A DNA stretch of 62,286 nucleotides, the filler included, from Sphacelaria rigidula (lineage: Eukaryota), in NCBI GenBank assembly GCA_964200075.2. It is 11 parts of 11 records of this genome, joined end to end, with 100 filler letters (N's around TTAATTAATTAA, not from the genome) between each part and the next. Parts side by side here need not be neighbours in the genome. Positions count along the whole stretch, not along the records: positions 11,345 to 16,916 come from CAXNAA020026220.1; positions 17,017 to 22,588 come from CAXNAA020026221.1; positions 22,689 to 28,260 come from CAXNAA020026222.1; 8 more parts are not named here. One strand, written 5' to 3'. The translations under genes were made by a program, and so were the position numbers. Position 1 is the first letter of the stretch, and each line of letters starts with the position of its first letter. Below, piece by piece: positions 11,245 through 23,018 of the stretch. The notes beneath the pieces were generated by a model. It was not told the DNA's origin. It searched no databases and was given only the letters and a program-made list of their open reading frames with translations.

Positions 11245-14200
11245 NNNNNNNNNNNNNNNNNNNNNNNNNNNNNNNNNNNNNNNNNNNNTTAATTAATTAA
11301 NNNNNNNNNNNNNNNNNNNNNNNNNNNNNNNNNNNNNNNNNNNNCGTGAGTTGCAACGCTGGAACAAAGCCTAGGAATTGATTCATCACGAGTCGACTCA
11401 TCATACTAAAACCAAGTAATTTTCGGACGAATCATGATTTGTCCGACCCTTGAAAAGTTGACACCCGGCTCATGCAGTTTTGCTATAATCGTCTACTTTC
11501 CGATCATCATTCTGTCTACCCCCACCATCATATATATTCACAGCAGTGTCTTGGTTTTACTTCACTGTCTGTTTCATGTATACTAAATTGCTGCCATGTA
11601 CAGGTATGCATGTGTACCGTTCTGTGTGGCACTGAGCAATGTGTCGTTGCTTCCCTGGGTACAGAACACTTTCGGACCGTTGGGCAACGGCGACAATGAT
11701 ATTATAAAAAGAATAATTGGAAATGGGAAGGCGTCCTATCGCCCAGCAAGGAAATGCAGACGTACGATCATAAGTCACTCATCCGTATGTGGGGCGGTAT
11801 TGTGACGAGAGAACGTTTATCGATAACACTTCCTCAAGTGTCTACAACTGCTGAGCTGGCAATCGATCCAACCCAAACCAAGTATGTATGCTGGCACTCA
11901 CTCTGCACTATTTTTGCGTTGTTTTGCCCCAAATCCGCTCGTATACGAAGGGCGTACACTACATCTGCACTATAAACAGTATTATTGTTCCAGGGTTTCA
12001 GCACCCTCACAGGATATTTTCATGTACTACTGTTGTAGCCGTGGAAACTTATCTCCCCAACGGAAAGCACTTTGGATACCCGGGGTATTTTGGCGTTCAC
12101 CATTGGATAGAGCAGACACTAGCAAAGCGGGTGGCTTAGGGTACGAAAAACAAATGCAACAGACCATGATAACCACACAACATAAAGGGCGGAGCTTCCT
12201 CCTCCTTGCCGACAAGGACATCCGTAGCGTCCAACTGTCAACGAAATGACTTTTGTCTCAACCAACACAAGAACGAAAAACTCAACGGGCTCATTATTGG
12301 ACACCAGTCCAGGCATCATGATAAAGGTCCGTCCCTAACACGCGCGGTAACAATATGCTGGGAGTGGAAGAATATGAGCACACGCCAACACCGCAAGCGT
12401 GCTGGGAGTACACTTGGTGCTTTCTCTGCATTGGGGCAGTCTGCACAGCCATGCATCTGGTTGCGGGAAGCTGCTACAAACAACTGACTTGCTCGCATAC
12501 ACTCTGTCGATTCTTCAGACATGATGGACATCTCCAGACATACCTGGTCTCTCACTAGGAAAACTTCGACGTGCACAGAAGCAAGGGCTTCTCACTCCAC
12601 TAGAATAGGTGGCAACCCAATACTCCGCTCGCGCTGCAAATCTCCGTGTGTCTGTATACTGATCACGCGGTCAGAAAAGCGTCTCGGCCGTGGAGAAGAG
12701 ACTTTAGCACGAAGGAGATCCGTGTATAGACTGTTGTGTGTAACAGCCTGGACTGAACGGCGGGTGGCTGCTGATTGCGAAAGCATTTTCTCCGCGAATT
12801 ACTGACTGTTTATTGCGAATTGTTTCTGTCCTTGATCATTTTCATAGAAAAAAAATATATATCGGGACTGTCATAGCGCGCCAGAAACCTCGTCATGCTC
12901 CTTGGTATGGCGTCATGCAGTTGATTATCGATTGATCGATGTGATTGTCGGACTGTCCGCGTGCACCCTACGATGGGTGAAGTGGCGTGTACACGTATAC
13001 ATAACACCAACCCACTCCACACGTGTATCCTTTCTTGCAACGCATTGTATTATGCTATATTACAGTTCACAATACAGTACAGCAGCACGGACGACACAGT
13101 AGTGTAGTATCTCCTCAAATGCACTAATGATTTGTTTTGATAATACCCAATACTTGTCGCGGATGGAACGTGAAGTACGCTGCTGTGCTATATAATAATA
13201 GAGGAAACAAAGTATGTTTAGCTTCGAAATTTACACCTGCTGAGGGTATCAGGGTGAAAACTGAGTAAACCCCAAAACTTAAAGAAAATGATTCGCGCCA
13301 ACAGCCAACTAGAGCAGGGAAATACACCGCCTGTTGATGAGGTCTCCACTCCGGAATGTGGGACGGATACCTCCGGGTCTTGTCAACGAGGTACTTTTTC
13401 GTAAACGAAACGCCACTTGGAGTTCCAGCTGTCGTCAAAGATACTCCAACACCACCCTGCCAGCTACCAACTAGCACCATAACAAGGAACAAGAAAAGAG
13501 AAAGGTACTGCACTGCACTGAACTGCACTACACTGTACTGTACGCTCAAAATGAAGTACACAGGCATGCATGAATTTGCTGTCCTGGTTCCCGCCTATGT
13601 GTACTTCGAGACGAACCCCGCCCGGTACACACGAAGGCAGAAGGCAGGTCAGGGTACCCCACGTCCTGCTCCGAATTTTGAATGTCGCAGGGGTTATGAT
13701 GCCAATTGTATCCCGTACCAGGGAAGGGAGGTCTTGGCATAAATGTTCTAGTGCACTTCAAGCGTAGCATAACTCACCGTGACAACAGGACGTTATCGTG
13801 CTGTACAGGTACTTACTTACGCTGAGACATGGCGGCTCTGATGGGTCACGGGCATGGGGGGAAACGGGCAGCCAACATCGACAACTGGACGTTCCACAAC
13901 AGGAGTGCCTACGGCGGCCCAGCTCGTCCCACTCCGTACCTCGTCGGTCCGGTTGTCGGAACTGTCAAGGGCAAGACCGCGCGGTGAGTATCCGCTTGCA
14001 TGTTACGTCGGGGTGCCTTGTTCATTCGACGGGGTAGTCGGTACAGTGTATGGTGCTATTGTTGCGGTCAGTGCGGTGTTACGCGGAGAGAGGTTTCACT
14101 CTGCCCTCAATATTTATTGCCATGTGTTCGTTTTTTTTTGTAATATACAACGACAACCGTAACCGTAGTTGCCAGATGCAGTGGATATTCGATATTCCTA

Positions 14201-15266
14201 CAGTGAAACGGTGCGCTCCACCTGCCGACTGTACGTAACTTACATCCGGGAGCTGTACAATATGACCAAATGTTCAGAGTCCGGGGGGAGTGGGGCGGGG
14301 AGTGACTGAATAGAACAGAGTCTTGTTGAGAATGTCGTGTACAGTGTGTTGTATTGTGTGCAAAGAACGTGGTGTTCACTGCAGTCATTTGGTGGAGACG
14401 GTACACACGGGAACAGGGTCGAATTTGGAATTTGGGCGAATTCTGACCACGTCGTATGTCGGAAGCGTGATAGGTTGTATTCCCGGGGTCCTCGTAAGAC
14501 GAGTTCGCGATCGCCCTTGTCAACGGTATGAGATAGAAGGTGGTGTGCTGATCTCGGTGCGCCGCTTGGTGGGTACATGGTTTCTCCCCTTACAGGAATA
14601 GACAGCACACTGCAGTGTGGCATGTTGTATGCGCATCATATTTTTTAGTTTTGCCGATCAGCATTCGATTATTCTTCAACGTCAACATCGCCCTCCGTCG
14701 TAGTGCAGCAGTACAATAGTGCTCTCACTAACTGACCGAGCAGTGTGCACTGGTTCTGACTACAAGTAGATTGTTAGTGCCATAAGCGGTGTTCGTGGGA
14801 TGCGATGGCCCACGCCCTGGCGAGATCGCCATGACTTTTTGCGGAAATGCTCTTTAGCACTTCAACAGATGGAATGCTAAATGATATCCGTGAGTGTATA
14901 CAGGCCCGTGAAAACTGAGGAGAAAACCAACTCGAAGTACAACACGAGCGTCCATGACGCACTTCCGCCGTGGTGCAACTCAACCGATCAAGTGAGAACG
15001 GGAATTCTCCCGCAGCTCTTCACGATTGTACACCACAACGGCGAACGTTCTCAGTTTTCATATTTGGATTGAGGGCGCGCCTTCGGCCGACTCTAAGGCC
15101 GTGTCTTGGGGCGTGTCTTCGCACTTCTTTTTTCGATCGAAAAAGTGCGGTCGTTTTTTTTCATGATTTGATGAGTCCACTGCATGCATTTATTATCCTG
15201 GAAGGCTTCAACTCAAAATTATTATCAGTGGAACGCGGAGAAGAATTGCTCGAGGTGAAAAACAAT

Positions 15267-16168
15267 CAGGGCTCTTTACGTCACACGTTACGTCACAAGT
15301 GTGACATATATATGAAGAATATCCGTTACTTGACGTCACACTTGTAACGTAAGAACAATTTTTACGTCACGATACATCACAGTAACATATTTTGAAACGT
15401 TTCCTGTGACGTGTAACGTATTTTATACGTCACACATCACAATAAACGTTAGACGTCACATTATTATACGTTTGTAACGTCTGAATACACGTCACAACCA
15501 TCACACGCTCAACTTGTGTCGCAAATAGTGTGAAATCTACACATAATGGCCTGCGTGCATCTTGGTATCTCACCATCCAATTATCGTGCATCAACTATGT
15601 ATTCATGTATTTCTTCCAAATTGCAACGTAGAGTCAGGGACGCATGAGCGATACACTAGCTGAAACGCATTTTGATATGTCGACATAGCGAGCGGGACGC
15701 GCCTCATGCTCGAACAAGGCAGCCACTGTGAACCTCCGTACCAAGCATCGGTACATGAGATCTTACAACGTTCTACGTAGCGTTCACTTGCCCTCAACAC
15801 GGTCGAAGTGTAGCGTTTTATTTCACGTTACACGTAACAAACGTAACGTATATTATTCGTTACAAGTCACAATAATGTTTCAAATTACGTTACACGCCAC
15901 ACACGTATAATAATGTTACGTGTAATTTTTATTGTGACGTGTGACGTATAACATACGTTACGCGTAGCAGGAACGTTTAAAAATACGTTAATGTGACGTT
16001 TAAAGAAGACGTCACGTCACGTCACGTTTGTGACGTTTCGAAAAATTGAACGTTTTGTCACGTCACATTTTTTCATCTGTACGTCACGTCACATTTGTGA
16101 CATATTAAAAAACACTTTACGTTACGTCACACCCTTGTGACGTGTAACGTGTAACGTAACGAGCCCTG
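15267..16168. mobile_element. 902-bp non-autonomous hAT-like element with dense ACGT/GTCAC/GTTAC subterminal repeats
   Basis: TIRs cagggctctttacgtcacacgttac / gtaacgtgtaacgtaacgagccctg; flanks aaaacaat and cgaacaat (6/8 match, decayed 8-bp TSD); CAGGG ends with 8-bp TSD are typical of hAT. Confidence 0.85.
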
Positions 16169-16300
16169 CGAACAATCGTTTTCGATCGAGAACATGCGAT
16201 CGAAAGGCGCGAAGCGGCACTTGGCTCTCATCATACAGACCATCACGCCAGATAACACCTGTTCACAGGACCATGCAAACCCCATCCAACATCCAACTCA

Positions 16301-16703
16301 TTCTCAACCACCACCGCAACCCTGCAGCATAGAGCTCGAGTTGAGCACAGATATTTATACACTGCGGTGGTTGGGTGTGCTTTGTTTATTTTTGTTGTGG
16401 AAAACTTGCGCATCTTCTCTCATGGTGGACATCAGAGACGGAACTGCGTGGTACGGTGCGCAACCGAGTTGCGTGCACCCTTATGGACAGTTGTCCATGA
16501 GCGCGTTGGTAATTTGATCGCCCACACCAACACGCAACTCCGTCGATGGACCCTGCCACAAAATTAGATGCTCAAGTTTCCGGCAACAAAAAAAAACACA
16601 TTATGCCAAAAGAGTGGTAGTGTCAGTTTCCCACCACTGCAGTATATGTATCCCTGTGCTCAGTTCGTGATCTATGCCGCAGGGTTGAGGAGGTGGCTGC
16701 GAA
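16301..16703. repeat. Inverted repeat with ~70-bp arms (16301-16371 / 16632-16703), probable decayed foldback element
   Basis: Opposite-strand ORF translations QPPPQPCSIELELSTDIYTLRW and QPPPQPCGIDHELSTGIHILQW reflect the two arms. Confidence 0.75.
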
Positions 16704-17630
16704 GCACAACGCCAATACATGGGGATAAATTTGTACGAAGTGGTGAATAAAATTGTTTGCGCGAAGCGCGATTTATGTCCCAGCGTTGAAGATCGGCACC
16801 CGGCAAACACTGAGGGACCGTTTATAATCAGCCGAAGAACGAAAACATTGAACATGTCTTGTTTCACTGTACTGCAGCACAAACACACTCACGTCCGCTC
16901 TCGTGTGCTGTAGCTANNNNNNNNNNNNNNNNNNNNNNNNNNNNNNNNNNNNNNNNNNNNTTAATTAATTAANNNNNNNNNNNNNNNNNNNNNNNNNNNN
17001 NNNNNNNNNNNNNNNNCTCATTTGTTGCTTGCCTTAGTCATTTGACCATTGACCACGCATCCCTTTCGAGACGGAGCATAGGGGGGGGGGCACGTTCAAA
17101 CACCTATGGTAACACCCCACAAGACAAGCGGAGGTTTCATGTCCCCCTGCAGATTACCCGTCACGCCCATCCCGCAGCGAGATTGCATTCTTACCGTTTC
17201 TTGAACACCCGAGAAGGAGTTATGATTCAAGCGCACAAAAAGATTAGGCGTACATTTTTTGCGCAATCGTGTCTACCCCGTCCCCTCACGGCGGTCAAGA
17301 TGACTAAACACACGCTGTGGAACACAAGCGTATGCAGAGCGAGCGTGGAGTGTGTACGTGTGTAACGGAAAGCGATGGCACACTGATTGCTTCGATTGCT
17401 TGAAATGTTGGTTGGTGGGTTGATTGTCGCACAGTATGTGATCCTCGAGAGATCCAGTCGTGATTACAAGATAGACGCACTAACCCAAGGCACAAGCAAG
17501 ACTGATACACTCGCAGAAGGAAGGAAGGAAGAGAGAAAGAGAGAAAGAACGAGTGGAGTAACCCGGGTAAAAACGAGAGGCAGGGATAACAAAAGGAAGG
17601 AACACAGAAAAAAAAGTTTGTACTGTTGTA

Positions 17631-18507
17631 TATGAGTGATGCCGCGATAGCCCGCCCCCCCCCCCTGGCATGATCATGGAAAAGTGGCTGGTTTGAGGAG
17701 GCTAAGATCTATATGCTGAAGATGGTAAAACTTGAACACACCAAGCAGCTGGGCACTCCTACGCTTGGGACTGTTTTCGGCAATGTCGCCCATATGAGGC
17801 ACCTCATGTAGTCTAAAACCAGCTATCATGTGCTGTATGGCCATTTTATTCGTGGCAGCTTTGGGACTGGTTTGGGGGTGGGTGGGGGTGGGTATACTCA
17901 TGGTAATGTATACCATAGTCATAAGACCATTTATCTCGCATCCCTACAAAGCCGGGACGGAGCACGCCGGGTTTTCACCGGACCAGGCTTTCACTCAACC
18001 ACAAGGCGCGAAGCGCCATGGTGCGTTCGGCAAGTCGCATGAAGGTTGACTTGCATCCTGCTAGATTGTTCGGCCCGAAGCCTACTGATTATCTTGCATT
18101 TGGATGGCAACCTACAATGAGTTGCTTGATTTCCTGGTATCGTCACTTCCAGAGACAGCCACGTCTTGTACACTGCCTCATGGGTGTCTCAACATGTCAA
18201 CACTACGTGGTACGATCATCCCTATCGTGCGGAGTTGAGGTTCTCCCACGCCGCACAACATGAATTAGCTCGACTACCATCATTGGTACCGCAAAAAAAA
18301 CGCAAGCTCGCAAAAAAAAAGATGATCTGGTTGCCTAGCGTACGCAGTGAGTGGCGTGTTTAAAAGCGCCATCGCCAACCGTCGCCAACCGACGCCAACC
18401 CCATCGGGGATCGTTTAGGGGGGGGGGAGGGGGGGGCGTACTCATTTGTTGCTTGCCTTAGTCGTGTGGGAGGGGGGAGGGGGAGGGCTATCGCGGCATC
18501 ACTCATA
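17631..18507. mobile_element. 877-bp non-autonomous TIR element flanked by TA (Tc1/mariner-like target), built of modules separated by G/C runs
   Basis: Perfect 23-bp TIR tatgagtgatgccgcgatagccc (17631-17653) / gggctatcgcggcatcactcata (18485-18507); TA at 17629-30 and 18508-09. Confidence 0.85.
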
Positions 18508-20267
18508 TAGCCGCCGCACGTCCCGATTGTCAATTTGGTGTATCACCGGCCAGTTCGAGCAAGAGTATTATTCCGAATACCGACAAAACTTTACTTTTTC
18601 CCAGCGTGGAAAGAGCGAGGACGGGCAGCAGTAGCGCTGGTCTAATGCTCGATAGAAAATCACAAGGCAAGTACCGCTGGATAAATGAGTCAATCCATCG
18701 AGACAACAGACTCCTCCCGAGGAAGTCGCAAGGGGTGGGGTGAGGTGGGGTGGAGTGAAGATTAGCCCTTTGACGACTGGTGTGGGTGATATGGGTCTTT
18801 TCGTACACCCATGTTTTCAAGAAGTGAGCATGACATGTCGAGTTCGACACATGTTCCACCCTCGCGGTCAAGGGGTTAAGTAAAGGTGTGGCGGAAAATG
18901 GAGTAGAAGAAAAATGAAGCATAGGACAATCCAGTTGAGATTATGTGACATGCAGTGCAACAAACATCGAAACACGCTAGAGGGTCCTGACACTGCTTCA
19001 GCACTGCCTCCAAAAAGTACGACGACAAGAAAAATCATCGCCAGAGAATATGATTGACCTATTTTTGGCGTAAATATACAGAGCGCAGTAGTATGGGTAG
19101 CGAGGGTTCACCACTTGCATGGCGATGGAGTGGTGAAGCCAGCGCAATGTATCAGAAAGTAAATTCCGACTTGAAGGGGGAAAAAAAAAACATCAGGGAT
19201 TATGGCGTGTTGATGCCTGTACTAATGCCCAGCATCCACCTACTTGTCTGTACGCGTAAGTATGCGTATGCTTCATCCAACAGTATTTCTTTGCCCTCGA
19301 TTGTTCCAAGTACAGTAAGCAGTATCAGGTCATTTGAGCCTCGTTTGCTGTCACAGAAGGAGGCTAGTACTATTAATAGTATGTAGAGAATGTTTCGAAC
19401 CCACGAGCGTCAAGCATACTTTATGACGAGGCGTCCACGAGATTCAATGCTGATTTTAGTGTGCAAGTTACTCCGTACCCGCCCCGGAAGATGACTGTTC
19501 GGGCCAATGCCAATGCTAGGGGTCCGGTTCGCGGATTCGTGCTACACTTTGTTCGGGGGTACACAAGCGTTCCCGACCGTTTGAACGGACGCATGATCGC
19601 GGTGGTCCTGCAATATTTCCGGCGATTTATACTGGAATGAATGTATAATGTCCGCACCCGCCCGCACACGAGCTTTCCCTCATGTGAATATATATATATA
19701 TATTGGAGTTATGATAATAGTATACCTAAGTTTGGCATCTATAAAAGATGAAACCTGACGACCCAATTCCAAGATGTGCGGCTGCTCTGTAGCTGCACGG
19801 TAACTGTGAGACTCGAGCATGATGGCGGCATGGGTGCGAGCCCTGCTCCGGCCATATGTTTTTTGCTCGTAGTGCGCGAGTAGAACACTGTTTCTTCACA
19901 CCGGGAGTCGAGTTCGAGTCCTGGGTCGTTTTTTTTTTCCTGCTGGTGGTGCCGTATAAGAACACAGTTTTTCTACACCGGGAGTCGATTTATTTTGTCT
20001 TCCATTGCAATCACCGCACTGTCTCTCATCATGCATACCCGCGGTCCTAATCCCCATCGTCTCGCAAATTTTGTTCCTATCATCATATTATCCCTCCCCA
20101 CTTCCATCAACCAGTATCGTCTTTTCTGTGAACAAACACAATAACCTCGAAGGCATGGGTGCGAGCAGAGGGAATGCTACAGTCGCGGTGCAATTTTTTT
20201 CCTATGCACTTTTCCTCGTCGTTCCACCCGCAATCCAGTAGTCTTCCTCGCGTCTTGTTTCTTCCGT

Positions 20268-20355
20268 ATGATTGATTGATTGATTGATCGGTTGATTGTC
20301 GCACTTTGAGTCACCACCCATGGGTCCAGCCGTGGTCGCATGATAGACGTACCCA
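20268..20355 (-). mobile_element. (AATC)n-tailed LINE/SINE-like 3' end; other copies ~17410-17482(-), ~25696-25763(+), ~26855-26930(+), ~47781-47855(-), ~53358-53400(-), ~54360-54433(+), ~56281-56350(+), ~61762-61815(-)
   Basis: Approximate consensus ggtacgtctatcatgtgaccacggctgga[hairpin]cagttaaagtgcgacaatcaatc, usually preceded by a pyrimidine-rich tract. Confidence 0.8.
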
Positions 20356-20665
20356 AGAAAAGCAAGACTGAAAGACTCGTTCAAGAGAACGAAGGAGCAG
20401 AGAAAAGTCGAACAGAACGACACTGTAGACTAGGACGTGAAAAAAAATAATGATGATAATAAAGAAGGAAAACAAATCAGCAAAAGCAAAGCACAGAGAG
20501 AGATGGCCGACCTGAAAAATAAATGGAATCAAATGATGATAAATAAAACCCGAGGGATCCAGGGCAGTAGACTAGATGCAGACACACACCAGTGAGCACC
20601 GCAAAGCCACCGACTAAGGACATGATCAACAACCTATACAACAAGAAATTGTAACCAATAATCAT

Positions 20666-20910
20666 TTCTCACGAGAGCTTGGCAAGGCAAGAATACCGCG
20701 ACCCTCGAAGATGACGGGCGGGACCGGGGCGCTCTATTGTCTTAGATACCCACTTTTGCTCGTCGTTCACACCCGCAATCCTGGAGGAGTTCACGTGTGT
20801 CTTTGTTGTATATGCAAGATGAACATTTCGAGAAAGGATCCATTCTCACGAGGGCTTGGCAATGCAAGAATACCGAGGCCCTCGAAAAAGACGGACGGGA
20901 CCGGGGCGCA
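20666..20910. repeat. Direct duplication of a ~65-bp unit at 177-bp spacing
   Basis: ttctcacgag.gcttggcaa.gcaagaataccg...ccctcgaa...gacgg.cgggaccggggcgc at 20666 and 20843. Confidence 0.75.
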
Positions 20911-21065
20911 GCCCCAGGTCCCGTGCGGCTTGTAGAAGACATAAAAAGCCGCGGGGGAACAAATAACCTTTCTTTTTCTATGTGTTGCGTGTGCCTGTCG
21001 AAGTTGGGGGCTTTAGCAGGGCTTCAGAACGGAACCGCCTCCCCCCGTCCCTTGGTGATTAATTA

Positions 21066-21681
21066 CCGTAGGTTGCATAAGACATCACACGCGTGTGATA
21101 ACGTTTCAGACGTTGATGTGATATTGCGTGTGGGGTGTGATATCTTCTGTCACCGGTGTGATGAAGTAAGCACCCACAGGACCCCACATGCAGGGGTGTG
21201 ATAATAATGGGATGTGATAATGTCGTCCGTGTGATAGAGGGCGCTACGAGGATATCCCCACTGGGGGTGAGATAGTAATGGGGTGTGACCGACAGACTTC
21301 CCCCCGCAGTGAGCTGAAAAAACGACTCTATGGACCGTGGAGCCGTCGCTAGAGTCCGACCCACTGCAGTCTGGGGCGCAGAGCCTTCAGCAGGGTTGTG
21401 TTCTGCATCCATTTCCATGATATTGTCGGTCTCCACAGCTGGGGCATGCAGGTTGTGTGCGCTAGTGTGCGTTGTCACACGTCACCACACCCGTGTGATA
21501 AACCAGGGCTCCGTGGATGATATGCGAATCAATCCAGGGGGTGCGTTATCTTATACCACCGTGTGATAAATTTGCGCTTTTTTCAAGATTAAAAAAAATA
21601 GCAAACGGGTGTGGTATTGTGTAATTTTTCGAAAGGGCTGCGGTATCTTATGAAAGTGTGATATCTTATGCAACCTACGGG
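21066..21681. mobile_element. ~615-bp non-autonomous TIR element with TA flanks (pogo/Tc1-like) and many GTGTGATA motifs
   Basis: ccgtaggttgcataagacatcacac vs gtgtgatatcttatgcaacctacgg (24/25 reverse-complement match); about ten gtgtgata-like internal motifs. Confidence 0.85.
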
Positions 21682-21689
21682 TATGTGCC

Positions 21690-21793
21690 TGTTCCGGCGA
21701 AAACACGGCGTGCTCCGTCCCGGCCTTGTAGGGATACGTGGTCAATGGTCTTATGACTACGGTATGCAAGATCATGAGTACGTACACCCCCCC
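21690..21793 (-). mobile_element. Truncated module A head of the G-tract element family
   Basis: Reverse complement reads ggggggtgtacgtactcatgatcttgcataccgtagtcataagaccattgaccacgtatccctacaag...cggagcacgccg. Confidence 0.8.
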
Positions 21794-21884
21794 TGTATTG
21801 TTTTACTTGGGAGGGCGAAACACCGGCGTGGGGAAGTTTTCTTCAACACAGCCGTTATCTATAGTACATGGATAATTATGCATG

Positions 21885-22025
21885 ACGCTCTGGAGAACTT
21901 GGATTTGCATTGGTGAATACCTTACTGCATACAGTATCGAAATCTATTGTCTCTCGCTGTAGGCAGTAGGTTCGATACTGTGCACAGCACACTTGTTGAC
22001 AATGTTGTCTATTGTTCAGGGTGTT
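21885..22025. mobile_element. Decayed copy of the CACACCCTGGACAA foldback MITE
   Basis: acgctctggagaa...actgcatacagtatcga...tcgatactgtgcacagcacac...ttgttcagggtgt parallels 6172-6309. Confidence 0.6.
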
Positions 22026-22730
22026 GTGGTATGTATGCATCAAATGCATGTACACGTGCATTTATGCATGTGTATATTGAGTGTCGCACATTTAAGTCAT
22101 CCGGCAACGAACTTGGCTACGTTCACCAGATGAACGTAGCCAAAGTGCGTACATACATCTTGCCAATTCTTCTGCGCGTGGTTTCTAACGTATTGATAGT
22201 AGGTGTGTGAAAACGCTTCTGTGGCGTTTGATCGGCCCGCGCGGTATTTGTTTTTCATCTCACCACAGTAGGCCTGTCCGCGTGACTTGACTCGTGTGGT
22301 GTGTTGCCCGAACACGTTCACAACAGGTGCGAGTGGAATCAGATTACACGGTCTATGGTGACGAGTGCAAGTTTGGCGGAGGCAAGGTATGGATGATGAC
22401 AATACTGTCACGATTTCGCGTGTTTTTTTTTGTGTACACTAGCAAGAGTTTTTTTTTGTTTCGTCGCACCACTTGCCCAATAATAGAGTGCGACTATGTC
22501 GTGGGTGCACAAGGTTCCAAGGGTCGGACAAATAATGATACGTCTGGAAATTACTTGGTTTTAGTATCATGAGTCGACTCGTGACGAANNNNNNNNNNNN
22601 NNNNNNNNNNNNNNNNNNNNNNNNNNNNNNNNTTAATTAATTAANNNNNNNNNNNNNNNNNNNNNNNNNNNNNNNNNNNNNNNNNNNNGGGGGGGGGGGG
22701 GGGTGGGGGGGGGGGGGGGGGGGGGGGGGG

Positions 22731-23018
22731 GTGGCGTACTCATCTGATGCTTGCCTTAGTCGTGTGACCATCGACCATGCATCCCATTCGAGATGGGGCA
22801 CCGTTCCTACTCCTAATAGAGAAACCTCCAACATACCGTACGTCACTACGTTTCTTCCATACATTACACAAATCTTTCCCCCGTCCTGTTTCGTCGTCTC
22901 TGGCCAACATCTATCCCCCAGTATAGACATCCTCTTCTCCCTACTGTCTAATGCATCAAACGACTTCGTGCCACCATCGAGACAGTTTTGGGGCGAAGGG
23001 GGGGCTATCGCGGCATCA
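22731..23018 (+). mobile_element. Longest copy of module B of the G-tract element, ending in the partial TIR gggctatcgcggcatca; other B pieces 17017-17080(+), ~27220-27325(-), 28361-28605(-), ~45160-45215(-)
   Basis: gcgtactcat..g.tgcttgccttagtcgtgtgaccat.gacca.gcatccc.ttcgagat...ctactcctaatagaga shared among five contigs. Confidence 0.85.
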
